Of a stretch of 59,824 nt of DNA, positions 1-10,155 are shown one piece after another. How positions within the stretch are numbered: position 1 is the stretch's first letter; each line of letters starts with the position of its first letter. The stretch is taken from assembly GCA_046733215.1 (NCBI GenBank), contig JBKPOS010000010.1, positions 1 through 59,824 of the forward strand, written 5' to 3'. The DNA is from Gemmatimonadota bacterium (lineage in GTDB: Bacteria > Gemmatimonadota > Gemmatimonadetes > Gemmatimonadales > GWC2-71-9). Under the pieces are notes generated by a model, which saw only the letters and a program-made list of their open reading frames with translations, ran no database searches and had not been told where the DNA came from. The translations under genes were made by a program, and so were the position numbers.

Positions 1-872
1 TCGGCTCGGATCCGCATGGTCCCGGGATCGCGAAAGAAGTCGATCGTGGCACCGGTGTCGCCCGGGATAGTGACCGCGTGATTTTCCAGCGTGACATCGC
101 CCAGAGCAGGGGTGAATGAAACGGCCGCGGGCCCGCCGATCGAGGGCCCGGGCCCCCAGGTGAGATCCACGCTATTGTCGTTGAAGCCGAGTCCGGAGAC
201 CGGCGCGGCGTACCACCAGTTCAGGTCGTAGCCCTCCCAGGCAGGATGGACCAGGGTCGGCTCGAACCAGCTCCCGTCGCCCACCAGATTCCCGGCAACG
301 GCCCGGACACCTTGGCTCCGGAGTTGGGCAGCGAGCCGACGCAGCGGAGCAAACGCGTCGGGCTCGCAGGCCGACGCTCGCGTGGTGTCCACGGCATAAC
401 AGCGTCGGCTCAGGGTTGGGTCGCCCCTGCCATAGAGCACCAGGTCGCCTTGCACGGTGCCGTTCACCAGCGGCCCGGTCGCGTAGAGACTTGTCCGCAC
501 TCCGCTGTCTGCCGGGAGCAGCGCTGCCGCCACCGTGCTGACCACGATCTTTGCTGTGCTGGCCGGCACGAACAGCCGGTTCGCATTGCGCCCATAGAGC
601 TGGCGTCCTCGGTCGTCTACGATCGAGATGCCCCAGAGGAATCGATCGAGCGGCGATTGGTCGAGACGCTGATCCAGTCGCCGGGTGAGCGTTTTGGCCG
701 AAGGCGGAGGAAGCGGATGCGAGCGAGCCGAAGCGGGAGCCTGACCGAGCAGCGGAGCCGCTGACAGAGTGATCAGTGCGGTAGTGGCAATAACTGGTCG
801 AACCGATCCGCCGCGGCGCGACCGGTCGGTGCGTAATAGTAGGGAACGCAGGATTGGGATGTGGATTCGCAT
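1..872 (-). CDS. dacB: D-alanyl-D-alanine carboxypeptidase/endopeptidase (PBP4, peptidase S13), 3' end runs off the window
   Basis: Not in the ORF track (no stop in window). Manual minus-strand translation from ATG 872 gives a signal-like N-terminus, RNANRLFVPASTAK (SxxK) and WEGYDLNWWYAAPVSGLGFNDN, typical of S13 peptidases. Confidence 0.85.
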   Translation of the reverse strand, partial: MRIHIPILRSLLLRTDRSRRGGSVRPVIATTALITLSAAPLLGQAPASARSHPLPPPSAKTLTRRLDQRLDQSPLDRFLWGISIVDDRGRQLYGRNANRLFVPASTAKIVVSTVAAALLPADSGVRTSLYATGPLVNGTVQGDLVLYGRGDPTLSRRCYAVDTTRASACEPDAFAPLRRLAAQLRSQGVRAVAGNLVGDGSWFEPTLVHPAWEGYDLNWWYAAPVSGLGFNDNSVDLTWGPGPSIGGPAAVSFTPALGDVTLENHAVTIPGDTGATIDFFRDPGTMRIRA

Positions 873-915
873 GGGCCGGAGCCGGCGACCGGTGAATGCG
901 TTGGGCTGCCGGCCA

Positions 916-933
916 ACGTTGACACGTCAACGT
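916..933. promoter_or_regulatory. Perfect inverted repeat ACGTTGAC-AC-GTCAACGT in the dacB/tamA divergent region; putative operator overlapping -35-like hexamers
   Basis: 8-2-8 palindrome containing TTGACA (919-924, +) and TTGACG (925-930, -). Confidence 0.45.
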
Positions 934-1065
934 AAGGCCGTCAAACTACCCATCTTAGAGGGTGACGTCAATTGCCGGCCGGGGGTGCGGAGGCCGGTCC
1001 TTCCTCCTCCGGAGTGCTGCATTTCGACCCACCGATTTTGCCGCACCCGGCCCGGGTTCGGACTA

Positions 1066-3189
1066 TTGAGAGCCAGTGCGTACGCTTTGCTGGTCGGGAT
1101 TGCGATGGTCCGATCACTCGCCGCCCAACAGGCCGATCGAATTGTGCGCCAGCTCGATTTCGAAGGTGCCAAGGCGATTCAAAAAACGACCCTCGAAGCA
1201 GCGATCGGAACGACCAACTCAGGCTGGTTTGCCACCTCTCCTGTGGTCCGCTGGATCGGCCTCGGCGCCAAGCGGTACTTCAACGAGACCGAGTTCCGGC
1301 GAGATGTTTTGCGACTCCAGGTGCTGTATAAGCGCAGCGGCTTTCCTGACGTTGCGGTCGACACCGTGGTGCGGCGCACCGACACGGACGTGTACATCAC
1401 ATTTCGTATAAAAGAAGGGCGCCCGATCCGCATCACGAAGATCACGATTCTGGGAGTGGACTCCCTTCGACAGCGGGCGCAGGAACGGCTCCTGCTCGAT
1501 CTGCCGCTCCGCGAAGGCGACGTGTTCAATCGCTACGTCATGCAGACCTCGGCCGACACGATTACTTCCCGACTCAAGAACCACGGTTATCCCGAGGCTG
1601 CCGTCTTCACCAGCTTCGAAAGCAACCGCACGGAATACACCGCGAACGTCGCGTTCGATGTCGATCCTGGGCCCCGCGCGCGCTTCGGACAGGTTCGGGT
1701 TATGGGGACCCAGCGGCTCGATTCCACCATCGTTCCGGATCTCCTGGTCGCGCGAACCGGGCGCCCGTATTCCAGGGATCTGATGTTTCAGAGCCAGCGG
1801 AACCTGTATAAGACGGATCTGGTGCGGAGCGCCACCGTCGACATCGACTCGGCGCGCTACACCCCGGGCGATTCGGTCCCGATTCTGGTGCGCTTGGCCG
1901 AAAGTCCGCCCTATCGGCTGCGAACCGGCCTGGGCTACGCGACCACCGAGTGCTTTCGGGCGCAAACCGCCTTTGCGGTGCGTAACTTTTTCGGGCATGG
2001 CCGACTGTTCGAGCTGACGGGCAACGTGTCGCGGATCGGTGTCGGCGATCCCTTCGATTTCGGATTCGGCAACAACATTTGCAGCGTCGCCGCCGAGGAC
2101 TCGATCGGCTCGGCCCGATTCAGCTATCAGGTCGCCGCCACCATCCGCCGCCCCGCCTTCGTGTCTCCGAACAACACCCTGAGCCTCACCGCATTCTCCG
2201 AGCGTCGCTCGGAGTTCAAGGTGTACGTCCGGAGTGACATCGGCTCCACCGTGGAGATCCTGCACGAGACACCGAGAAGGCGGTTTCCGGTGTCCCTCTC
2301 CTACACAATCTCATATGGCAGGACGGAGGCGACCCCGGCGAGCTTCTGCGCCTTCTTCAACGCCTGCACCCCGGACGTGATCGATCAGCTCGAGCAACGC
2401 CGCCTGCTCGCCGCAATCACCGGGCGATTGAGTATCCCGCGAGCCAATAGCCCGATCGATCCGACCCGGGGATCCAATGCCGTGCTCGAGCTGGTATGGG
2501 CCTCGAAGCTCATCGGCTCGTCCGAATTTCAGCAGTTTACCCGGGTGTTGGGCGACGTCGCCTGGTATCGCCCGCTGTCACGCGGCGTAGTGCTGACCTG
2601 GCACCTTCGTGGCGGCATGATCTTCGCACCCGAGGTCGCGTTGGCCACTGGGTCCAACGCCTTCGTTCCGCCTGAGCAACGCTTCTATGCGGGTGGACCG
2701 AATGACGTGCGCGGGTTCCCCCGCAATCAGTTGGGGCCGGTGGTATACGTCGTTACCGAGACCGCTCTGGCCAGTGTGCACGACTCGGTGTCGCTCTTGC
2801 CGCCGGACTCGGTGCAGGTCGCGCCAACCGGAGGCAACACGCTCGTCGGCGGCAACGTCGAGCTGCGCTTCCCTTCGCCGGTGCTCGGCACCCGGATGCG
2901 ATTGGCGCTCTTCGTGGATGCGGGGATGCTGTGGGAACGGGGCAGACCCGATCTGGCACCGGCCGCGCTTCGGATTACGCCCGGCGCCGGACTTCGAGTG
3001 GGGACACCGCTCGGGCCCGCCCGGTTGGACGTGGCCTATAATCCGTACTCAGCGCTCCGAGGCACCCTCTTCCAGACCGATTCGGCGGGCGCGCTCACCA
3101 AGGTGCAAGACAACTTCGCGGTGGACAAACGTTCCTCCTTCTTGGGGATTCCGCTGACCGTGCAGTTCTCGGTGGGCCAGCCGTTCTGA
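1066..3189 (+). CDS. tamA: BamA/TamA family outer-membrane protein (POTRA domains + beta-barrel)
   Basis: POTRA-like repeats, RFYAGGPNDVRGF motif, GLRVGTPLGPARLD, C-terminal GQPF; directly upstream of TamB. Start uncertain (track ORF begins at 769; TTG 1066 gives a plausible signal peptide). Confidence 0.85.
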   Translation: MRASAYALLVGIAMVRSLAAQQADRIVRQLDFEGAKAIQKTTLEAAIGTTNSGWFATSPVVRWIGLGAKRYFNETEFRRDVLRLQVLYKRSGFPDVAVDTVVRRTDTDVYITFRIKEGRPIRITKITILGVDSLRQRAQERLLLDLPLREGDVFNRYVMQTSADTITSRLKNHGYPEAAVFTSFESNRTEYTANVAFDVDPGPRARFGQVRVMGTQRLDSTIVPDLLVARTGRPYSRDLMFQSQRNLYKTDLVRSATVDIDSARYTPGDSVPILVRLAESPPYRLRTGLGYATTECFRAQTAFAVRNFFGHGRLFELTGNVSRIGVGDPFDFGFGNNICSVAAEDSIGSARFSYQVAATIRRPAFVSPNNTLSLTAFSERRSEFKVYVRSDIGSTVEILHETPRRRFPVSLSYTISYGRTEATPASFCAFFNACTPDVIDQLEQRRLLAAITGRLSIPRANSPIDPTRGSNAVLELVWASKLIGSSEFQQFTRVLGDVAWYRPLSRGVVLTWHLRGGMIFAPEVALATGSNAFVPPEQRFYAGGPNDVRGFPRNQLGPVVYVVTETALASVHDSVSLLPPDSVQVAPTGGNTLVGGNVELRFPSPVLGTRMRLALFVDAGMLWERGRPDLAPAALRITPGAGLRVGTPLGPARLDVAYNPYSALRGTLFQTDSAGALTKVQDNFAVDKRSSFLGIPLTVQFSVGQPF

Positions 3190-6100
3190 TGCGTCGCCAC
3201 ATCGCGCGATTCGTCTTTGTCGTCGGCCTCGGGTCCATCGCCGCGGTGTTGGGTGTGGTCAGCGCTCTCCTGCTCACTCCTCCGGGTCGAGATCTCCTCG
3301 CGCGACTTGTCTCGAGCGAGCTGAGCCGCGTGTTGCTTGGCTCCGTCGAAGTCGGGTCGGTATCGGGATCGTTCCTGTACGATCTTACGATCGACAATCT
3401 CGTGATCCGTGATACCAGCGGCGTCCTACTCGCCGATCTGCCGCGGGTACGCGTGGGCTACCGCGTGCCCAATTTCTTCGCCCGTCGATTCGTGCTCGGT
3501 CGACTGCAGGTGGAGCGCCCCACGATCCAGCTGCTCAAGCACCGCGGCGGACGCATGAACTACGAGGAGGTGCTCCGGCTGGGAGGCGGAAAGGGCGGAG
3601 GCCCGTCACCCCTGATCGAATTCCGTGATGTGCAGGTGCGGGAGGGTACACTGCGGCTCATGCTGCCTTGGTCGCCCTCGCCCCAGCTCCGCACCGAGGA
3701 GCAGCGTGATTCGGCGCTGGCTGCCGAGCGGAATCGCGCCGGCAGAGTGATCGAATCCGGACCGGAGGGGCTGCGAAGAGTCATCGATGTCACGGACCTC
3801 ACCGCGAAGCTCGACCTCATGCGGATCAGCACTCCGGATCGCAAGCCGTTCACCATCGACATCGACACACTTGCGGCCCGGGTGAGCGATCCACAACTCA
3901 CCATCCGCGACGCGGCCGGCCGCGTGCGGCTGCGGGGCGACAGCGTCGTGTTCAGCCTCCGCCGAGGCGCTTTGCCGCACTCCCGGTTTGCGGGCGGAGG
4001 CGCGGTCACGTGGCCTCACGATACGACGCTCTACGATCTCCAAGTCGTTGCGTCACAGGCCAGCCTCGCCGATCTGCGCTGGATCTCGCCCAACTTTCCG
4101 GACCTCACCGGTCGCGCGGTCGTCGCGGCTCGCTCGGAAAACGGCACCCGAACTGCCTACGTCGTGACCAATCTCCATCTCGTGCGCGGCCCGACTCGCG
4201 TCGACGGACAGCTCACGGTTCTGGACGATCGGAAGCGCGGACTCGGGGTTCGCGATCTTCGTCTCACCCATACCGCGCTCGATCTGGACGAAGTTCGCCC
4301 TTTCATGCCGGACCTCCCCTTCTACGGAACGCTCACAGGCACGACGATCGCTACGGGCTTCCTGGATGCGCTGGACGCGAGGATGAACTGGGACTTCACT
4401 GACGAGGAGGTGGCGGGACATCCGGTGACCCACATCGTGGGGAACGGTCAGGTCAGTGTGCGACCCGGGCAGGGGTTGGCCTTTCAGGGACTCGAAATCA
4501 CGGAATCGGACATCGATCTCGGCACAGTGCGTCGGCTCGCCCCGGCGGTGATTCTCCAGGGTCGCCTTGCAGCCCAGGGCAGACTCGAGGGACCGCTTAG
4601 GAACGTGACCTTCAACGGGACTGCGCGCCACTACGACGGGAATTCGCCTTCCAGCGAGCTGGAAGGCATGGTCCATCTCGATACCCGCCGCGACACCTTG
4701 GCTCTTGCCACCGACATCGCGCTCCAGCCGCTCGTGTTCGATGGCATTCGTCGCTCGTTCCCCGAGCTGACGAGCACCGGGTCCATCACCGGACGGGTTC
4801 GGCTCGAGGGAACCCTGGCTCGTCTCACCGTGGACGCGTCGGTGAGCGGCGAGATCGGGACGATCGAGGCGAAGGGCGGCGCGACGGTTCAGCCGCCGCA
4901 TTGGGGAGCCCGTGATCTCGCACTGCAGTTCCAGCGACTCGACCTCGCTGCATTACGAGGCAGCGGCCCGACGACCAACCTGAACGGTTCGCTTCGGGTC
5001 ACGGGAGAGACCGATACCGCCCGCGCGCCGGAAGCGGACCTCGACGTGGTTCTGGGCCCCGGGCGGGTGCGCGATCTGCGACTCGACACACTGGTTGCCC
5101 GGGGCTCCGTGCACGACAGCCTCATCAAGGTCGACACGCTCGAGGGCCGGCTCGCCGGCGTCACCGCGCGGGGGCGGGGAACGCTCGGCTGGGCCCGTCC
5201 TCACGAAGGACGGATGTCGTTCGATCTCCAGACCGACAGCCTCGGCATTTTCGATTCGCTGCTTACCGTGTGGACTGGGTTGACCCGGGATACCTCGCGT
5301 GATGCGGTTCCCCTGACCGGTACTGCCCAGGGCTCGCTCACGCTGGGACGGAGTCTCGACTCGCTCGACGTGGCTGCCTCCTTCGTGGGCAAGAAGCTGG
5401 GGTGGAGCACGCTGCGCGCGCCGGCTGCGATTGGTGCGTTCACTTACGTGGGTGGTCACCGGCCCCGCATGACCGCGGCGTTCGGCATCGACTCGCTGGC
5501 CATGCGCCAGCGCGTGTTCCGGCGGCTCGGTCTGCAGGCGCGCGGTTTCACCGATTCACTCGAGTGGAACGGGGCAGTGGCCATCGGCAACGAGGTGGCA
5601 TCGCGGCTCACCGCCGGCGGTCGCTGGTGGCACCACAGCGACGTGCAGCGGTTCGCGGTGGACGCATTCCAGGCCCGCCTCGCGTCGCGCAGCTGGGGGC
5701 TGACCGCTCCGGTGCTGATCAGCCTGTCGGATTCGGCGCCGTCGGTCACACCACTCGATCTGGAAGCAGATGACGGATCAGGACGCCTGCTTGTCAGCGG
5801 GCGGCTCCCCGGCACTGCACCCGGGGACCTCACGCTGGATGGGTTCGGGGTCGGGCTGCGCGATCTTTACGGGCTGATGCAGCTCGACACTACCGGCGTG
5901 GACGGGGGATTGGGACTCAGGCTCGTTTTGCGCGGTACGGCGCGGGAACCGGTGATCGAAGGCGGAATCCGCCTGGAAGACGGCGTCGTGCGTGACGCCC
6001 AGATTCCGTTCGCGCACACCGTGCTGAGCTATCGAGACCGGCGCCTCACAGCGCACGCCGGTCTCATCCGGACCGGGGCGGAGTTGCTCGAGGTAAACGC

Positions 6101-7589
6101 TCAGCTGCCCATCGACCTCGGCTTTACGGGGGTCAAGCAGCGGGAGCTCGATGGCCCGATCAGCGTGAAAGCCCGGGCCGACAGCGCCGATCTGAACCTG
6201 CTCGAAGCCGTGCTCTCCGGCATTCAGGACGTGGAGGGACAGTTCGTCGCCGGAGCCGAGATCAAGGGAACGTGGGCCAAGCCGGAGATCAGCGGCTTCG
6301 TCAACGTCACCCACGGCGCCATGACTATTCCGGGCATCGGCGTGCGTTATGCGGCCATTCTGGGGAGGGGCGAGCTCCGCGGCGACTCCCTCCTGGTGCC
6401 CTACGCGCTGGTCACCAGCGGTCTGGGGACGCTGCAGATCACGGGCGGGGTGCGCTTCGACAGCCTTTCCCGGCCGCTGCTCAACCTGGACCTGGAGGCG
6501 CACCAGTTCGAGGCGCTCAAGATTCGCAACTTTCTCGACCTGACGGCGAGCGGCTTCGTCCAACTGCGTGGCCCCGTGCTCAACGCGGTAGCCACGGGTC
6601 GGGCGTCCGTAGACGAAGGCGTCTTTTATTTCGCAGACCTGATCAACAAGAACGTGATCAATCTCGAAGATCCCACCATCGCCGACCTAGTCGACACCTC
6701 GCTCGTCCGGCGAGCCAAGCTGGGCTCGCAGATTCAGAACCGGTTTCTCGACTCGCTCACCGTGAACAACCTCCAGCTCGCAATGGGGCCCGGCGTCTTT
6801 CTGAGATCCACGGAGGCCAACATACAGCTCTCGGGTCGGGTAGCGGTCAGTAAGACCAAGCGAGAGTACCGCCCGGTGGGGACGCTGGATGCGGTACGCG
6901 GAACCTATGCCCTCAAGATCGGGCCGGTGACCCGCGACTTCACGGTGGACAGTGGTTCGGTGCGCTACTTCGGTACACCGGATCTGAACGCCGAGCTCAA
7001 CATTACCGCACGGCACATCGTCCATACGGTGCGGACCAATGAGGAAATCCCGGTCATCGCACGGATCACGGGGACCTTGTTCGATCCCAAGCTTTCTCTG
7101 GAAAGCACCGTGCGGCCGCCCATCGCAGAGACGGACCTCGCCTCCTATTTGATCTTCGGTGCGCCGGCGTCGGACGCAGTGGCGGCCGGGCAGCAGACTG
7201 CGATTCAGAGTGCGTTGGCCGCCTTCTCCAGCGAGGTCGAACGGTTCCTCATCTCTGATCTGGGCGTGCCGATCGACTACGTCGAGTTCCAGCCAGGCTT
7301 GAGCACGGGCGCCGGGGTTTCAGTGAGTCGATTCGCCTTCGGGTGGCGGGTCGGGAACAAGAGCTTCGTGACGCTCAATGCGGGTTTCTGCGGAGGTGCC
7401 GCTCAATCCACTCCGTTCGGACCGGAAAATTTCGGCGCCAGCTTCGAGTATCGGTTCAGTCGCGCCTGGCGATTCCAGACCAGCTTCGAGCCCACCTTCA
7501 CCAACTGCTCGCTAGCGGGGTACAACTCGACGTTCACCAGCAGCCGCTATCAGGTCGGCGCCGACGTGTTCTGGGAAAGAGAGTTTTAG
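3189..7589 (+). CDS. tamB: Translocation and assembly module TamB (AsmA-like, DUF490 C-terminus)
   Basis: 1466 aa, N-terminal TM anchor, beta-rich repeats, C-terminal GTLFDPKLSLES...LASYLIFG; overlaps tamA stop. Confidence 0.85.
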   Translation: MRRHIARFVFVVGLGSIAAVLGVVSALLLTPPGRDLLARLVSSELSRVLLGSVEVGSVSGSFLYDLTIDNLVIRDTSGVLLADLPRVRVGYRVPNFFARRFVLGRLQVERPTIQLLKHRGGRMNYEEVLRLGGGKGGGPSPLIEFRDVQVREGTLRLMLPWSPSPQLRTEEQRDSALAAERNRAGRVIESGPEGLRRVIDVTDLTAKLDLMRISTPDRKPFTIDIDTLAARVSDPQLTIRDAAGRVRLRGDSVVFSLRRGALPHSRFAGGGAVTWPHDTTLYDLQVVASQASLADLRWISPNFPDLTGRAVVAARSENGTRTAYVVTNLHLVRGPTRVDGQLTVLDDRKRGLGVRDLRLTHTALDLDEVRPFMPDLPFYGTLTGTTIATGFLDALDARMNWDFTDEEVAGHPVTHIVGNGQVSVRPGQGLAFQGLEITESDIDLGTVRRLAPAVILQGRLAAQGRLEGPLRNVTFNGTARHYDGNSPSSELEGMVHLDTRRDTLALATDIALQPLVFDGIRRSFPELTSTGSITGRVRLEGTLARLTVDASVSGEIGTIEAKGGATVQPPHWGARDLALQFQRLDLAALRGSGPTTNLNGSLRVTGETDTARAPEADLDVVLGPGRVRDLRLDTLVARGSVHDSLIKVDTLEGRLAGVTARGRGTLGWARPHEGRMSFDLQTDSLGIFDSLLTVWTGLTRDTSRDAVPLTGTAQGSLTLGRSLDSLDVAASFVGKKLGWSTLRAPAAIGAFTYVGGHRPRMTAAFGIDSLAMRQRVFRRLGLQARGFTDSLEWNGAVAIGNEVASRLTAGGRWWHHSDVQRFAVDAFQARLASRSWGLTAPVLISLSDSAPSVTPLDLEADDGSGRLLVSGRLPGTAPGDLTLDGFGVGLRDLYGLMQLDTTGVDGGLGLRLVLRGTAREPVIEGGIRLEDGVVRDAQIPFAHTVLSYRDRRLTAHAGLIRTGAELLEVNAQLPIDLGFTGVKQRELDGPISVKARADSADLNLLEAVLSGIQDVEGQFVAGAEIKGTWAKPEISGFVNVTHGAMTIPGIGVRYAAILGRGELRGDSLLVPYALVTSGLGTLQITGGVRFDSLSRPLLNLDLEAHQFEALKIRNFLDLTASGFVQLRGPVLNAVATGRASVDEGVFYFADLINKNVINLEDPTIADLVDTSLVRRAKLGSQIQNRFLDSLTVNNLQLAMGPGVFLRSTEANIQLSGRVAVSKTKREYRPVGTLDAVRGTYALKIGPVTRDFTVDSGSVRYFGTPDLNAELNITARHIVHTVRTNEEIPVIARITGTLFDPKLSLESTVRPPIAETDLASYLIFGAPASDAVAAGQQTAIQSALAAFSSEVERFLISDLGVPIDYVEFQPGLSTGAGVSVSRFAFGWRVGNKSFVTLNAGFCGGAAQSTPFGPENFGASFEYRFSRAWRFQTSFEPTFTNCSLAGYNSTFTSSRYQVGADVFWEREF

Positions 7590-8485
7590 TGGCGCGTGCG
7601 CTCCTGATTACCAATCCCGCCGCCGCCCGAACCCAACCGCTCGGTATCACCATCGTACGCGATGCACTCAAAGCCGCTGGCTGGATGACCGAGGTGCTGG
7701 CGACCGGAGGAGCCGGCGATGCTCGGCGTCTGGCCGAGTACGGGCGCGAGCACGCGGTGGATCTCGTGGCGGTCTTTGGCGGTGACGGCACTACCATGCA
7801 GGCCGCGGCCGCTCTGGTTGGAACCGACATCGCACTCGGCGTCATCCGCGGGGGAACCGGCAATCTGCTGGCCGGGAATCTCAGGATACCGGCCTCGCCT
7901 GCCCGCGCGGCAGAAGTCCTGATTCGCGGCAAGACCCGCCGGCTCGATCTCGGTCGCATGGAGCGGGTCGATGGGGTTCACTACTTCGCGGTAGCGTGCG
8001 GCGCGGGCATGGACGCCCGAGTCATGGCCGGCACGCCGTCGGAGCACAAACGGCGCTGGGGCATGGCGGCCTACGTCGCGACGACGCTCCGCTTGATCGG
8101 CGAGGTGCACAGTACGACGCACCACGTGGTGGTGGACGGGGTGGACTACGAGGCTACTGCTGCGATGATCCTGGTGGCCAACTGTGGCGAGATCATCCCC
8201 CCGTATATCCGGCTTGGCGCGGCGATCAGCCCGGAAGACGGCTTGCTCGACATCGTGGTGATGCGGGCGGACAGCTTTGGCGAGAGCGTGCGCGCCGTCT
8301 GGGAGCTGCTTCGGGCTCGCGGGCCGGCTCGCCCGCAGGGCCTGGTGGGCTTTGCCCGTGGGCGGGAGATCAGCGTAGAGGCCGCTCACCCTGAGCCAGT
8401 GCAGTTGGATGGCGAGGCCGCAGGGGAAACGCCGTTCACCGCAACCGTGGTCCCCCGCGCGATCAACGTGGTCGTTCCGGGCTGA
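7589..8485 (+). CDS. Diacylglycerol kinase family lipid kinase (YegS/DAGK)
   Basis: NPAA, GGDGT, GTGNLLA and QLDGE motifs; GTG start overlaps the tamB stop. Confidence 0.9.
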   Translation: MARALLITNPAAARTQPLGITIVRDALKAAGWMTEVLATGGAGDARRLAEYGREHAVDLVAVFGGDGTTMQAAAALVGTDIALGVIRGGTGNLLAGNLRIPASPARAAEVLIRGKTRRLDLGRMERVDGVHYFAVACGAGMDARVMAGTPSEHKRRWGMAAYVATTLRLIGEVHSTTHHVVVDGVDYEATAAMILVANCGEIIPPYIRLGAAISPEDGLLDIVVMRADSFGESVRAVWELLRARGPARPQGLVGFARGREISVEAAHPEPVQLDGEAAGETPFTATVVPRAINVVVPG

Positions 8486-8601
8486 TTCCTGCCAGTGGGC
8501 TGTTCCCTTTTTTGACAGTAAATGCTAACTTTGACTCTGTCTGCCGAACCGCAACGCTTACACATCTCCACACCGGTCCCCCCGATCCCCTTCGGTGTCA
8601 G

Positions 8602-9948
8602 ATGGCTGATTCCGTTCTCCTGATCGACGACGATGTCGACGTCCTCCGCGGCATCGGTAACTATTTCGAGCGCTTAGGCTACGAGGTCACGCGGGAATTG
8701 AGCGGCGAGGCCGGCCTGGCCACCTTCGACCGCCTGCGACCCGATGTCGTCATACTGGACCTGCGCTTGCCGGGGATGGACGGGATGGAGGTCCTGGAGC
8801 ACCTGCGTCAGCGTGACGCTGCCGTCATTCTACTCACCGGCAACAGCGACGTGCCGACCGCGGTCAGGGCCATGCAACTGGGAGCGGAGAACTTCTTGAC
8901 CAAGCCGGTCGACATGGCGCACCTGGCGGCTGCGACTGCCCGGGTCGCCGACAAGGTGCGGCTTCGCCGGGTCAATGAGGCGCTGCTCGGCCAGACCGCC
9001 GCGGGACCGGGGCTCGATTCGCTCGGCACCTCTTCAGCGATGCAGGAGTTCGCGCATCAGGTGGCACTGCTGGCGCAGAGCGAGCGTACCACGGTGCTGC
9101 TCACCGGCGAAAGCGGCACTGGCAAGGGATGGGTCGCCCGGATGATTCACGATCGGAGCCCGAGGGCCAAGGCGCCGTTCGTGGAAGTGAACTGTGCCGG
9201 CCTGAATGCGACCTTCCTCGACTCCGAGTTGTTTGGTCACGAGAAAGGTGCATTCACCGACGCGAAGGACCGCAAGCAGGGACTCTTCGAGATTGCAGAC
9301 CATGGTACGATTTTTCTCGACGAGATTGGTGACCTGGCGCCCGAGTTGCAGCCCAAGCTTCTCAAGGTTCTCGAGACGAAAACCTTTCGTCGGCTGGGCG
9401 GCACGCGTGAGATCACCGTGGATGTCCGCCTGGTCGCCGCGACCAACCGGAATCTGCAAAGCGAAGTCGAGGGCGGCCGTTTCCGCGAGGATCTGTATTA
9501 TCGCCTCAGCGTCATGCCGCTTCAGCTCCCCGCAGTGCGGGACCGCTCTCGCGAGGATCGTCTCGCCCTGATTACCAAGTTGGGGAGTGACCTCCGGGTC
9601 GAACTCCCGGAGGCGCCGGCCACGTTTTCCAGCGAGGTAGTCGAGCGCTTGTTGGCCTATGGCTGGCCCGGCAATGTCCGTGAGATGCGCAACGTCCTCG
9701 AGCGCGCCATGATCCTCGGCCGCGGCCAACCCGCGATCAGCGTCGAGCACCTGCCCGGCGAATTCCGGGCCCGCCCGGGTGTTGGCGATCGGAGACACAC
9801 TCCGCTCAGTCTCGATGATCTCGAACGGCAGCACATCGAGCGTACCTTGAAGCATCATGGCGGCAATCGGACCAGGGCCGCGCAGGAGCTTGGAATCTCC
9901 CGTGCCACTCTCATCAACAAGATCAAGCGGTACAGCATCAGTGCTTGA
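8602..9948 (+). CDS. Sigma54-dependent response regulator (REC + AAA+ + Fis HTH; NtrC family)
   Basis: Receiver DDD/DLRLP, GESGTGK, ELFGHEKGAFTDA, FLDEIG, WPGNVRE, NRTRAAQELGISRATL. Confidence 0.95.
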   Translation: MADSVLLIDDDVDVLRGIGNYFERLGYEVTRELSGEAGLATFDRLRPDVVILDLRLPGMDGMEVLEHLRQRDAAVILLTGNSDVPTAVRAMQLGAENFLTKPVDMAHLAAATARVADKVRLRRVNEALLGQTAAGPGLDSLGTSSAMQEFAHQVALLAQSERTTVLLTGESGTGKGWVARMIHDRSPRAKAPFVEVNCAGLNATFLDSELFGHEKGAFTDAKDRKQGLFEIADHGTIFLDEIGDLAPELQPKLLKVLETKTFRRLGGTREITVDVRLVAATNRNLQSEVEGGRFREDLYYRLSVMPLQLPAVRDRSREDRLALITKLGSDLRVELPEAPATFSSEVVERLLAYGWPGNVREMRNVLERAMILGRGQPAISVEHLPGEFRARPGVGDRRHTPLSLDDLERQHIERTLKHHGGNRTRAAQELGISRATLINKIKRYSISA

Positions 9949-10005
9949 CCGGAACGCCCCGCTGAGCCGATGAGCGAGCACTACCATCCCAAGGAAAAGG
10001 ACGCG

Positions 10006-10155
10006 ATGCATTGTCGCGCGTGCGGCCGCGAGGAGCGGGCGTCCGAGGGGTATCCCTGCGTCGAGTGCGGCACCTTCATCTGCCTCATCTGTACCTTCCG
10101 CGGCGTGAATCATTGCTCCGAGTGCGCCGCGAAGCTCGGCCGGGCGCCTACCTGA
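10006..10155 (+). CDS. Small Cys-rich putative zinc-binding protein (4 x CxxC)
   Basis: MHCRACG...CVECG..ICLIC...CSEC; AAGGA upstream of ATG 10006; fills the gap in a + strand run. Confidence 0.7.
   Translation: MHCRACGREERASEGYPCVECGTFICLICTFRGVNHCSECAAKLGRAPT

Noticed and set aside
172..930. Track ORFs 172..930 (-) and 246..764 (+)
   Set aside because: Shadow frames of dacB, which is in another minus frame and has the SxxK motif.
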